A DNA stretch of 64,000 nucleotides from Nevskiales bacterium (GTDB lineage: Bacteria > Pseudomonadota > Gammaproteobacteria > Nevskiales > JBOICV01): NCBI GenBank assembly GCA_050740255.1, contig JBOICV010000051.1, forward strand, positions 7,118-71,117, given 5' to 3'. The notes under the pieces were generated by a model, which had not been told where the DNA came from, ran no database searches, and saw only the letters and a program-made list of their open reading frames with translations. How positions within the stretch are numbered: the stretch's first letter is position 1; every line of letters starts with the position of its first letter. A program made the position numbers and the translations under genes. Of this stretch, positions 26,682-35,026 are shown piece by piece.

Positions 26682-27881
26682 CTAGGGCCTGCGCCGGGCC
26701 TCCACCCGGATTTCGACCACGATCTTGCGCGAGACATACTGCGCGTCCGGATCGGATTCCATGCCCAGATCGGCCTCGCGCCGGTCCACTTCGAAGCGGC
26801 CGCTGATCCTTGCAAGCTCCCCCTCAATGCTGAGCGTCAGCGGCGGCAATGTCAGCTCATGTCCCTTGATCGTCAGCACGCCGTCCACTGCATAAGCGCC
26901 GGCGCCATCCGCTGTGATGCGGGTGCTGCGAAAAGTGGCCAGCGGATGCCGGGTCACATTGAACCACTCCGCCAGCGACAGGGACTCGTCGTGCAAGGGC
27001 ACCCCATCAGTAGCCGATGCGGTTTCAAACGTGCCGCCAATCTGTGAATGTTCGAGGTCGGCCGGAGTGAAGCGGATGTCCGCCTGCCAGCGCGTGAAGC
27101 GCCCCTGGAATGGCAGACCCGCGTGCAGGCCGGAGAATTTCACCTCACTGCGCGCCGGGTCCACAATCCAGTTGCTTGCGGGATTGCTGGTGATCGCGGC
27201 CACGGCGCCGGTGGTCCCGGGCGTTCGCGTCAGCGTCCAGGCGAGCGCCAGCACCGCAATGAGGATGACACCGAGGCCCGCGGTGAAAACACGCGGCCCC
27301 GGCAGCATGTGCGCGAGCACCTCGTCCCGATTCACAAAATGATGTTTCAGCGCAGCCGCGACGTGCAGAACCAGCAGCGCGCCCATGCTCCAGGCCAGCA
27401 GCTCATGCGCTTGCAGCGTCAGCCCAGCATAGGACTGGCGCAGCTCGCGCGTCATTTCATGCAGGCCGAGCAGATGCGGCACCTCGATGAGCCCAAACCA
27501 GAGCGTGGGCACATTCAGCGGGTGGTTGCCGCGCCACTGGGTTGAGACATACAGCCAGCCACTCAGGGGCAGCCCGATCATCAGTGCGTAAAACGCCCAG
27601 TGTGTCAGCCGCGCCGCGAGTTTTTCCCAGCCCGGCATCGCGGCCGGCAGGGGCGGTGGCGCGTGCCACCAGCGCCACGCCAGCCGCGCCAGGCTCAGCG
27701 CCAGAATCGTCAGGCCCAGCGACTTGTGCAACTGGAACGCCGCAATCGCCCGGGCCTGAGTTTGCGCCACATCAATGGCCTGATGCATCCACCAGCCAAG
27801 CAGGAAGTTGGCGACGATGGCGGCCGCGATCGTCCAGTGCAGGGCGATCGCGACCGCGGTATAGCGCACCGCCGCGGGCAT
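26682..27881 (-). CDS. cytochrome b561 / YceI-domain fusion protein
   Basis: N-terminal cytochrome b561 motif (YTAVAIALHWTIAAAIV..., His-containing TM helices). C-terminal YceI-like domain (WIVDPARSEVKFSGLHAGLPFQGRF). Confidence 0.85.
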   Translation of the reverse strand: MPAAVRYTAVAIALHWTIAAAIVANFLLGWWMHQAIDVAQTQARAIAAFQLHKSLGLTILALSLARLAWRWWHAPPPLPAAMPGWEKLAARLTHWAFYALMIGLPLSGWLYVSTQWRGNHPLNVPTLWFGLIEVPHLLGLHEMTRELRQSYAGLTLQAHELLAWSMGALLVLHVAAALKHHFVNRDEVLAHMLPGPRVFTAGLGVILIAVLALAWTLTRTPGTTGAVAAITSNPASNWIVDPARSEVKFSGLHAGLPFQGRFTRWQADIRFTPADLEHSQIGGTFETASATDGVPLHDESLSLAEWFNVTRHPLATFRSTRITADGAGAYAVDGVLTIKGHELTLPPLTLSIEGELARISGRFEVDRREADLGMESDPDAQYVSRKIVVEIRVEARRRP

Positions 27882-27905
27882 GCGGAAAATCTGATCCGCG
27901 GCGAC

Positions 27906-28658
27906 TTAGCTCGCGGGTGAAGCCGCCGGCGCCGCTGCGGGCGCGGCGGCCTGCTGATGGAATTCACCCTCGAAGCGGATGGTGACCTCATCGCCCAGCA
28001 TCTGCAGATACTCGGTCATGCCGAATTCCGAGCGCTTGATGCGGGTCGTCGCGGAAAATCCAATTGCGCCGATCTGGGTGAACGGATGCGCCGCGACCGA
28101 ACCGACCACCGTGGTGTCGAGCGTCACCGGCAGGGTCTTGCCCAGAAACCCAAGATCGCCGGTGATCGTGAATCTGCCCGGCGCGGTCTGCTCAACCCGC
28201 TTCGAGGTGAACGTAATCTGCGGGAACGCGCCGGAATTGAAGAACTTGGCGTCCTTGGCCAGCGCCTCGTCAAAAGTCTTGTAGGGCGTGTCCTTGTGCG
28301 TTGCGGGGTAATCGCCGGAGAAATCGGTGCGCACCGAAGCCGGTTCGATGGTCGCGGTGACGGACGAGGCCGCGAGATTCGCGGGGTCGAAATTGAGAGT
28401 GGCCTGGTAACGCGTGAAGCGCGCGACGTAATTGGACAAGCCCAGATGATTGATGCCGAAGCTGATGCTCGAGTGATAGGGATCCAGCGTATAGGTTCCG
28501 GCTGGGGCGGTGATCTGTACCGGCGCCGGCGTGGGGGCTGCGGCGACCGATGGTTTGGCCGCCGGCGGCGCTGGCGATTCCGATTTCGAGCAGGCGGCAA
28601 GCGCGAAGGCGGTGGCGCCGACAATCAATATAAGGCGGGGGGAGTGGAATGACTTCAT
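27906..28658 (-). CDS. YceI-family periplasmic lipoprotein
   Basis: Lipobox FALAAC, then YTLDPYHSSISFGINHLGLSNYVARFTRY, typical of YceI. Confidence 0.85.
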   Translation of the reverse strand: MKSFHSPRLILIVGATAFALAACSKSESPAPPAAKPSVAAAPTPAPVQITAPAGTYTLDPYHSSISFGINHLGLSNYVARFTRYQATLNFDPANLAASSVTATIEPASVRTDFSGDYPATHKDTPYKTFDEALAKDAKFFNSGAFPQITFTSKRVEQTAPGRFTITGDLGFLGKTLPVTLDTTVVGSVAAHPFTQIGAIGFSATTRIKRSEFGMTEYLQMLGDEVTIRFEGEFHQQAAAPAAAPAASPAS

Positions 28659-28839
28659 GTTTTCAGGCTCCTGACGGGTTTGGCGGGGGCGATAAGCTTA
28701 CTACGCCGGGCCAACCTGGCTTTCTAGCGCGATAAATAGCAGTTAAACTACGCCGCCGTTGGGCGCGCCGCGCCGGCCCAGGGGGTCGGATTGCGGCAAA
28801 AAACTAAGCACTAAATCTTCAATTCCACAGGGGAATCGC

Positions 28840-30861
28840 ATGTTGGTTGAATACGGTCTTTGGATCTCGCTGGCCTGCGGTCTGGCGGCTATCATTTACG
28901 GCGTGGTTTCGACGCGCTGGATTCTGGCCAAGTCGCCGGGCAATGCACGCATGCAGGAAATCGCCGCCGCCGTGCAGGAAGGCGCGATGGCCTATCTCAA
29001 TCGCCAGTACACCGCCATCGGCGTCGTCGGTGTGGCGCTGGTCGTGGCGCTGGGTCTGGCGCTCGACTGGTACACCGCCGTGGGCTTCATGGTCGGTGCG
29101 GTGCTGTCCGGCGCCACCGGCTACATCGGCATGAACATCTCGGTGCGCGCGAACGTGCGTACCGCGCAGGCCGCGCATGACGGCATGAACGCGGCGCTGG
29201 CCGTCGCCTTTCGCGGCGGCGCCATCACCGGCATGCTGGTGGTGGGCCTCGGCCTGATTGGCGTGGCCGGCTACTACATGGCGGTCAAGGCGATGGGCGT
29301 GAGCGAAGACACCGCTCTGCATGCGCTGGTCGGTTTAGCTTTCGGCGGCTCGCTGATCTCCATCTTCGCGCGTCTGGGCGGCGGCATCTTTACCAAGGGC
29401 GCGGACGTCGGCGCTGACCTGGTGGGTAAAGTCGAGGCTGGCATTCCCGAGGACGACCCGCGCAACCCCGCCGTGATCGCGGACAACGTCGGCGACAACG
29501 TCGGCGACTGCGCCGGCATGGCGGCTGACCTGTTTGAAACCTACGCCGTGACCGTGGTCGCGACCATGGTTCTCGGCGGCCTGATGGCGGCCACGCTCGG
29601 CGCGAACGCGGTGCTGTATCCGCTCGTACTCGGCGGCGTATCCATCATCGCCTCCATCATTGGCACCTTCTTCGTCTCGGCGGGTGAAGGCAAGAAGATC
29701 ATGGGCGCGCTGTACCGCGGCGTGATCGTCTCCGGTGTGCTGGCGGCGATCGCCTTCTATCCCATCACCAAGGCGTTTTTCACCGCCGAACTGGCGATGA
29801 ACCTGTACTGGTGCGCGCTGATTGGTCTGGCGCTGACCGGCGTGATCATGTGGATCACCGAGTACTACACCGGCACCACCTACGGCCCCGTGCAACACAT
29901 TGCGGCCGCCTCGCAGACCGGTCACGGCACCAATATTATCGCCGGCCTGGGCGTATCCATGAAGTCCACCGCCCTGCCGGTGCTGGCGGTCTGTGCGAGC
30001 ATCTTTGGCGCGTATGAACTCGCGGGCCTGTACGGCATCGCCATCGCGGCGACCGCGATGCTCTCGATGACCGGCATGATTGTGGCGCTCGATGCCTATG
30101 GCCCGATCACCGATAACGCCGGCGGTATCGCCGAGATGGCGCATCTGCCCAAGGAAATCCGCGCTATCACGGATCCACTGGACGCAGTGGGCAATACCAC
30201 CAAGGCGGTGACCAAGGGTTACGCCATCGGCTCGGCCGGTTTGGCCGCGCTGGTGCTGTTCGCGGACTACACGCATCAGCTCGCCGCCAGCAACCCTGGC
30301 GTGAAGTTCAGCTTCGACCTGTCCGATCACATGGTCATCATCGGCCTGTTCATCGGCGGCCTGGTGCCCTACCTGTTCGGCGCGATGGCGATGGAAGCGG
30401 TCGGCCGCGCGGCCGGCTCGGTGGTGGTTGAAGTGCGCCGCCAGTTCCGCGAGATCAAGGGCATCATGGAAGGCACAGCCAAACCCGAATACGGCACGGC
30501 GGTGGACATGCTGACCAAATCCGCGATCAAGGAAATGATCATCCCCTCGCTGCTGCCAATCTTCGTGCCCGTGCTGGTGGGTTTGATCCTCGGCCCGAAG
30601 GCCTTGGGCGGCGTGCTGATCGGCACCATCATCACCGGCTTGTTCGTCGCGATTTCGATGACCACTGGCGGCGGCGCCTGGGATAACGCCAAGAAGTACA
30701 TCGAGGATGGCCACTTCGGCGGCAAGGGTTCCGAGACGCACAAGGCCGCGGTCACCGGCGATACCGTCGGCGACCCCTACAAGGACACCGCCGGCCCGGC
30801 CATCAACCCGCTGATCAAAATCATCAACATCGTGGCGCTTTTGCTCGTACCTCTACTCTGA
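28840..30861 (+). CDS. hppA: membrane-bound proton-translocating pyrophosphatase
   Basis: I prefer the ATG at 28840 (MLVEYGLW...), 673 aa. Motifs [39 protein letters not shown] and [11 protein letters not shown]. Confidence 0.95.
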   Translation: MLVEYGLWISLACGLAAIIYGVVSTRWILAKSPGNARMQEIAAAVQEGAMAYLNRQYTAIGVVGVALVVALGLALDWYTAVGFMVGAVLSGATGYIGMNISVRANVRTAQAAHDGMNAALAVAFRGGAITGMLVVGLGLIGVAGYYMAVKAMGVSEDTALHALVGLAFGGSLISIFARLGGGIFTKGADVGADLVGKVEAGIPEDDPRNPAVIADNVGDNVGDCAGMAADLFETYAVTVVATMVLGGLMAATLGANAVLYPLVLGGVSIIASIIGTFFVSAGEGKKIMGALYRGVIVSGVLAAIAFYPITKAFFTAELAMNLYWCALIGLALTGVIMWITEYYTGTTYGPVQHIAAASQTGHGTNIIAGLGVSMKSTALPVLAVCASIFGAYELAGLYGIAIAATAMLSMTGMIVALDAYGPITDNAGGIAEMAHLPKEIRAITDPLDAVGNTTKAVTKGYAIGSAGLAALVLFADYTHQLAASNPGVKFSFDLSDHMVIIGLFIGGLVPYLFGAMAMEAVGRAAGSVVVEVRRQFREIKGIMEGTAKPEYGTAVDMLTKSAIKEMIIPSLLPIFVPVLVGLILGPKALGGVLIGTIITGLFVAISMTTGGGAWDNAKKYIEDGHFGGKGSETHKAAVTGDTVGDPYKDTAGPAINPLIKIINIVALLLVPLL

Positions 30862-30923
30862 GTTCACCGCCTGTTTTTACAGTCGCGGCAGGGATGCCGC
30901 GTTCTGTTACCGGGATGTAGAAC

Positions 30924-30955
30924 AAGGCCCCGTACGCGGGGCTTTGTTATTTTTA
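30924..30955 (+). terminator. intrinsic terminator after hppA
   Basis: AAGGCCCCG-tacg-CGGGGCTTT, followed by gTTATTTTT. Confidence 0.65.
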
Positions 30956-31180
30956 GTTCCCAACTTCCGCTTTCGTTGGTGGTGGGATCGGGGCGCTGCA
31001 CTATCAGCTTTTCTACTTGTGGGGTGCGCCGAATGCCATCAGATCGATCTTGGTCGGCTTGAATCGACCCCTTTCTGCCATTTCCTTTTTTCTATTCTTG
31101 CGAATTATAGATGAAATGCAAGCTTCAACTGATCCTTCGTCCAATTGCCGGTTGACACTGCAATTCTCCAGCTGTTCCGA

Positions 31181-31591
31181 TTACACCCAATGGATCTTTA
31201 TCTCGCCCTCAACCTGTTTGAACTCCTTGTCGCCTGTCAGCAATTCGGTTTTCTTCTCTTTCGCGAGAGCTGCAGCAAAACAGTCTGCATATGACATCTT
31301 CCCTCTTGTCTTGAACAGGCCTGCGGCACGCGCCAACGGCCATGTCACGTCCACAAACTCGACGCCAAGCTGCCTCAGGTCGGTAATGGCCTTGTCAGCT
31401 TCGGCCTGGGAAACTTCCCGCGCGATGATGTACCAAACCTCCCCCGCATTCACCACGGACAGGAGCAGCGGGATACCATCTTTGTGGGCATCAGCGATCA
31501 GGTCGGCGACTGCCTGCCCCGAGCTTTCATCTTCCAGATAGGCGAGCACGGCCCAGGAATCCAGCACGATGCCCCTGGACTTGCGCGGCAT
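31181..31591 (-). CDS. vapC: PIN-domain toxin (VapC family)
   Basis: 136 aa. N-terminal acidic motif IVLDSWAVLAYL and C-terminal ADCFAAALA...LLTGDKEF. Its start overlaps the antitoxin stop by 1 nt. Confidence 0.85.
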   Translation of the reverse strand: MPRKSRGIVLDSWAVLAYLEDESSGQAVADLIADAHKDGIPLLLSVVNAGEVWYIIAREVSQAEADKAITDLRQLGVEFVDVTWPLARAAGLFKTRGKMSYADCFAAALAKEKKTELLTGDKEFKQVEGEIKIHWV

Positions 31592-31821
31592 CAGGTCTCG
31601 CGCTTCCGCTTTTTCTCCGCCGCGAGCGATTTCAGCAAGCCTTTACCTCGATACTTGCCGCGCAAACCCTGGATGTATTCGCGCGTGATGGGCGTCAGGA
31701 CAATCCTGTGTCCCGACTCCTCAACGTCAACCTGGATTCGCGTTCCTTCGGTAACTCCGAGCTGTCGCCGGATCTTCGAGGGGATGACGACCTGCCCCTT
31801 GACCGTCATGTATGTTTCCAT
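31591..31821 (-). CDS. vapB: AbrB/SpoVT/MazE-fold antitoxin (VapB)
   Basis: TVKGQVVIPSKIRRQLGVTEGTRIQV swapped-hairpin motif. 76 aa. Lies immediately upstream of the PIN gene. Confidence 0.8.
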   Translation of the reverse strand: METYMTVKGQVVIPSKIRRQLGVTEGTRIQVDVEESGHRIVLTPITREYIQGLRGKYRGKGLLKSLAAEKKRKRET

Positions 31822-32050
31822 AGAATCTCCTACTAGTGATATATAATCTTACATAACTTATAAAGTAAGTCAAATTAATTATGGCTTACTTACTGTGGGT
31901 GACGCGGATCCGCAAGCCAATTTCTGAACATAACCGAGAAATGACCGTGCCTGCCAGTGCTGGTCCACTCCAAAGTGGAGGTCTTTGACTCGGCGACGTC
32001 GGGCCTGGTTCTTTATAATCCTCTGCTCCTGTCCTACCTAGGAGCTTTTC

Positions 32051-32599
32051 ATGGCCCTGGATCTCGTCAAGACCGGCAAGGACGTCCCCAACGACGTCAA
32101 CGTCATCATCGAAATTCCGATGAACAGCGAACCGGTGAAGTACGAGGTGGACAAGGATTCCGGCGAGATCTGCGTCGACCGCATCCTGACCACGCCGATG
32201 CGTTATCCCTGCAACTACGGCTATGTGCCGCATACCCTGTGCGGTGACGGCGACCCGCTCGATGCGCTGGTGATGATGCCGGTGCCGCTGATCCCGCGCT
32301 GCGTGGTCAACTGCCGCCCGATCGGCATGCTGGAGATGAAGGACGAGGCCGGTTCCGACGAAAAATTGATTGTCGTGCCGAACAGCAAGATCAGTCCGCT
32401 CTACCGCGACATCGCCACCGTGCGCGCCCTGCCCGCGCTAATCCGCGACCAGATCGCGCATTTCTTCGAGCACTACAAGGATCTGGAAAAGGGCAAGTGG
32501 GTGAAGATCGAGGGTTGGCACGGCCCAAACGATGCCAGGAAGGCGATTCTGGATAGCGTAGCGCGGTTTAAAAGGGCGAAAAAGCGGCCTAATTTTTAG
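32051..32599 (+). CDS. ppa: soluble inorganic pyrophosphatase (family I)
   Basis: VIIEIPMNSEPVKYEVDKDSGEICVDRIL...YPCNYGYVPHTLCGDGDPLDALV. 182 aa. Confidence 0.95.
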   Translation: MALDLVKTGKDVPNDVNVIIEIPMNSEPVKYEVDKDSGEICVDRILTTPMRYPCNYGYVPHTLCGDGDPLDALVMMPVPLIPRCVVNCRPIGMLEMKDEAGSDEKLIVVPNSKISPLYRDIATVRALPALIRDQIAHFFEHYKDLEKGKWVKIEGWHGPNDARKAILDSVARFKRAKKRPNF

Positions 32600-33416
32600 G
32601 GCTCGAGCTGGCGCTGAGTGGGGTGCTTGCAAGCTCGGTACGTGCTGGCTCAGCAGCGGGCTCTTCAATGCGGAAATTCTGCGGCCGTTTACGCGAGTGC
32701 CAATGCTGGCGCACCATCTCGTAGGCATCCGGGCAGCTATCGTCACTCGGCCGCGCACCGACATAGCGCTTCAGCACGATGGTTTTGTCCGAGCGGCAGG
32801 TCAACTCAAAGTCGGGGAAGTTGAAGTCATTCGTCGCCTGCTTGACGGAGAAGGGACCGCAGAACATCGCCAGCAGATGCCGGCGATAGGCGGTCAGCAA
32901 GGCCTGTTCAAACAGGGGCTTGCTGTCCTTCGCGGCGACCCGCGCGAATTCGCGCAACTCCTTCACGCTCAGTTGCAGCAGAGAGTCGAGCCGGATGCCG
33001 TCCACCAGAATCGGGCCGGGTAGTTGCTCGCTCCAGGACGTATTACGGCGCTCGACAGGCCGGTCGCCAGCTGGCGCGGATACTGGCTGAAACAACTTCG
33101 CCGCGGGCGCGGCTTTTGTCGCCGGCATGCGCGGTAGCGCCTCGGCCACTGCGTCTTGATCCGGCGCTATGATCTGCTTGACCAACTGCAGAATGCCATT
33201 GCGGATTTCTCCCGCCCGGTGGCGTGAAAGCATCAGGCTATCCACTCGCAGTTGCAGGATATGCAACAGCAGCGCCAGTACCACGCGCAGGGCCATGCCG
33301 AGGTCAAGCTCAGTCAGCAGCAGCCGCGCAACACCGACATCGTCAATTCTGACGGGCTCGCGCCGGTGCGTTTTGAATCGCGGACGATCCGTCCGCAGGC
33401 TGTGCGTGGCGTGCAT
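32589..33416 (-). CDS. hypothetical protein (275 aa)
   Basis: Strong G/C third-position bias in the region I checked (VAAKDSKPLFEQALLTAYRR). No recognisable motif. Its 3' end overlaps the ppa 3' end by 11 nt. Start uncertain. Confidence 0.5.
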   Translation of the reverse strand: MHATHSLRTDRPRFKTHRREPVRIDDVGVARLLLTELDLGMALRVVLALLLHILQLRVDSLMLSRHRAGEIRNGILQLVKQIIAPDQDAVAEALPRMPATKAAPAAKLFQPVSAPAGDRPVERRNTSWSEQLPGPILVDGIRLDSLLQLSVKELREFARVAAKDSKPLFEQALLTAYRRHLLAMFCGPFSVKQATNDFNFPDFELTCRSDKTIVLKRYVGARPSDDSCPDAYEMVRQHWHSRKRPQNFRIEEPAAEPARTELASTPLSASSSPKN

Positions 33417-33569
33417 CTGCGCGCTCCTCTCAAACTCCGGCCCATCACGTGTGGCCGTGGGATGAGTATGAAGAGTCGTGCGGCTGCGCTATATCAGACG
33501 GATCGGGGAGTTGTCGTAAGCCGTTTCCTACGCGTTCCCGACCGTCGCTTGGGCGATACGGCGCGAGGA

Positions 33570-34094
33570 CTAGGGCCGGATCTCGATCGGCGTGCCGTCC
33601 GGCACTGCTTGCCAGATTTCCTGGATGGCACCGTCGTGCACTGCGATGCAGCCGTCGGTCCAGTCCCATAACGCCAGAAAACCGGCGAGCCAGCCCCAGC
33701 CATTGGGCGAGCCATGCAGCATGATGTCGCCGCCCGGCGAAACGCCCTGCGCCCGCGCCTGCGCGCGGTCCTCGGCATTGGGATAGGAGATATGCAGGGA
33801 ACGGAAAAACCTGCTGCGCGAATTGCGTGAATTCAGCTTGTACAAACCCTCCGGCGTACGCTCATCGCCTTCGCGCTGCTTGTGACCGCTGGGGTTGCCG
33901 CCGAGCGAGATGCGGTAGGTCTTGATCACCTCACCACTGCGCATTAGCGACAGGCGCCGGTCGGATTTGTCGACCAGTACGCGATCTGCCCGCGGCAGCT
34001 TCGTGTCCACTTCTTGCGCCGCGTACCAGCCGTAAGCAAAGATGCCGCCAGCGAGGACCAGTGCCGCCAGCATGGCTAGTGCCAGCGTACGCAT
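33570..34094 (-). CDS. L,D-transpeptidase (YkuD domain)
   Basis: TPEGLYKL...IMLHGSP...TDGCIAV catalytic His/Cys motif. N-terminal signal/anchor. Confidence 0.85.
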   Translation of the reverse strand: MRTLALAMLAALVLAGGIFAYGWYAAQEVDTKLPRADRVLVDKSDRRLSLMRSGEVIKTYRISLGGNPSGHKQREGDERTPEGLYKLNSRNSRSRFFRSLHISYPNAEDRAQARAQGVSPGGDIMLHGSPNGWGWLAGFLALWDWTDGCIAVHDGAIQEIWQAVPDGTPIEIRP

Positions 34095-34975
34095 CAGGGA
34101 ATAGGCTCCTCCGCGCTGACGGTTTGCTGTTGCAGCAGTGATCCCAGCGGCGGCGCCAGCAACTCCGCCAACTCGGGCGTCAGCGGCAGTCCTTCCTGGA
34201 TGTCACAGGAAGCGGTCGTGGCTGCTTCCAGAAATTGATAGCGGCCGTCCGCGAAATATTCCTCGGGTGGCCGGCGCGTGGTTTCGAACAAGTCATAGCC
34301 TTGCTTGAGGTTTTGCCAGAAGCCGTGCCATGGCGACTTCTCGAAACGCTTGAGATTCGCCTCGGTGAGCGGGAACGGAAAGATATGAACCTTGAAATAA
34401 GGCTGGCCGGCGCGGATGGCGGCTTCGCCGAGCGTATAAATCTCCTCGATTCGGGGATCGGTCATGGCGATACAGCCCGAGGAGTTGCAGCCGCCGTGCA
34501 CCATGATGTTGGCGCCGGTGTATTTGTGAAACTGATCGTAGTCGTTGGGATAGCGCACGTTGAAAGCGAGATGGTAATCGCTGAAGGGGTGCATCCAGTG
34601 CGGGTTTACCGAGTAGAAACCCTCCGGCACCTGGTCATCGCCGCGCGAACGCTTAGGTCCCAGCCCGCCGGCAAATTCGCAGATGGGGTAGGTTTTGAAC
34701 AGCTTGAATGTTGCATCCTTCTGCTGGAGCCAGAGTTCCAGCTTGCGCGGTTGTTTGAAAATGCGCATGAAAACCGGCGCGCCCCATTCCAGCCCCTGCG
34801 TGGCCAGCTCACGCTTGAGCCGCGGCGTCACGCGAGCGCGCGCCTCGATGGATTCCTCGCTGTAGACGAGGCCGTATTCGTCGGCGATCTTGGTTTCCTC
34901 ATCGCTGCCGAAAGCGGCGCCGCTGCCCAGCGCCAGCACGACGCCAAGTGCGTATCTGCTCCAACTCGCCTTCAT
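34094..34975 (-). CDS. YafK-like L,D-transpeptidase-fold protein
   Basis: VPEGFYSV...IMVHGGCNSSGCIAMTDPRIEEIY. Signal peptide. 1-nt overlap with the downstream gene. Confidence 0.8.
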   Translation of the reverse strand: MKASWSRYALGVVLALGSGAAFGSDEETKIADEYGLVYSEESIEARARVTPRLKRELATQGLEWGAPVFMRIFKQPRKLELWLQQKDATFKLFKTYPICEFAGGLGPKRSRGDDQVPEGFYSVNPHWMHPFSDYHLAFNVRYPNDYDQFHKYTGANIMVHGGCNSSGCIAMTDPRIEEIYTLGEAAIRAGQPYFKVHIFPFPLTEANLKRFEKSPWHGFWQNLKQGYDLFETTRRPPEEYFADGRYQFLEAATTASCDIQEGLPLTPELAELLAPPLGSLLQQQTVSAEEPIP

Positions 34976-35026
34976 GGTTAGATATTAAAGCGGCCGCAGG
35001 CGCAGCGATAGCACCCTGAGGGAAGC

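Noticed and set aside
29335-30741. 468-aa ORF antisense to hppA
   Set aside because: A shadow ORF of a strongly supported membrane pyrophosphatase gene. It has biased His/Arg/Gly/Asp composition and no motifs.
31017-31541. 174-aa plus-strand ORF
   Set aside because: It is antisense to the clear PIN-domain vapC gene and extends into a non-coding A/T-rich stretch. It has no motif support.
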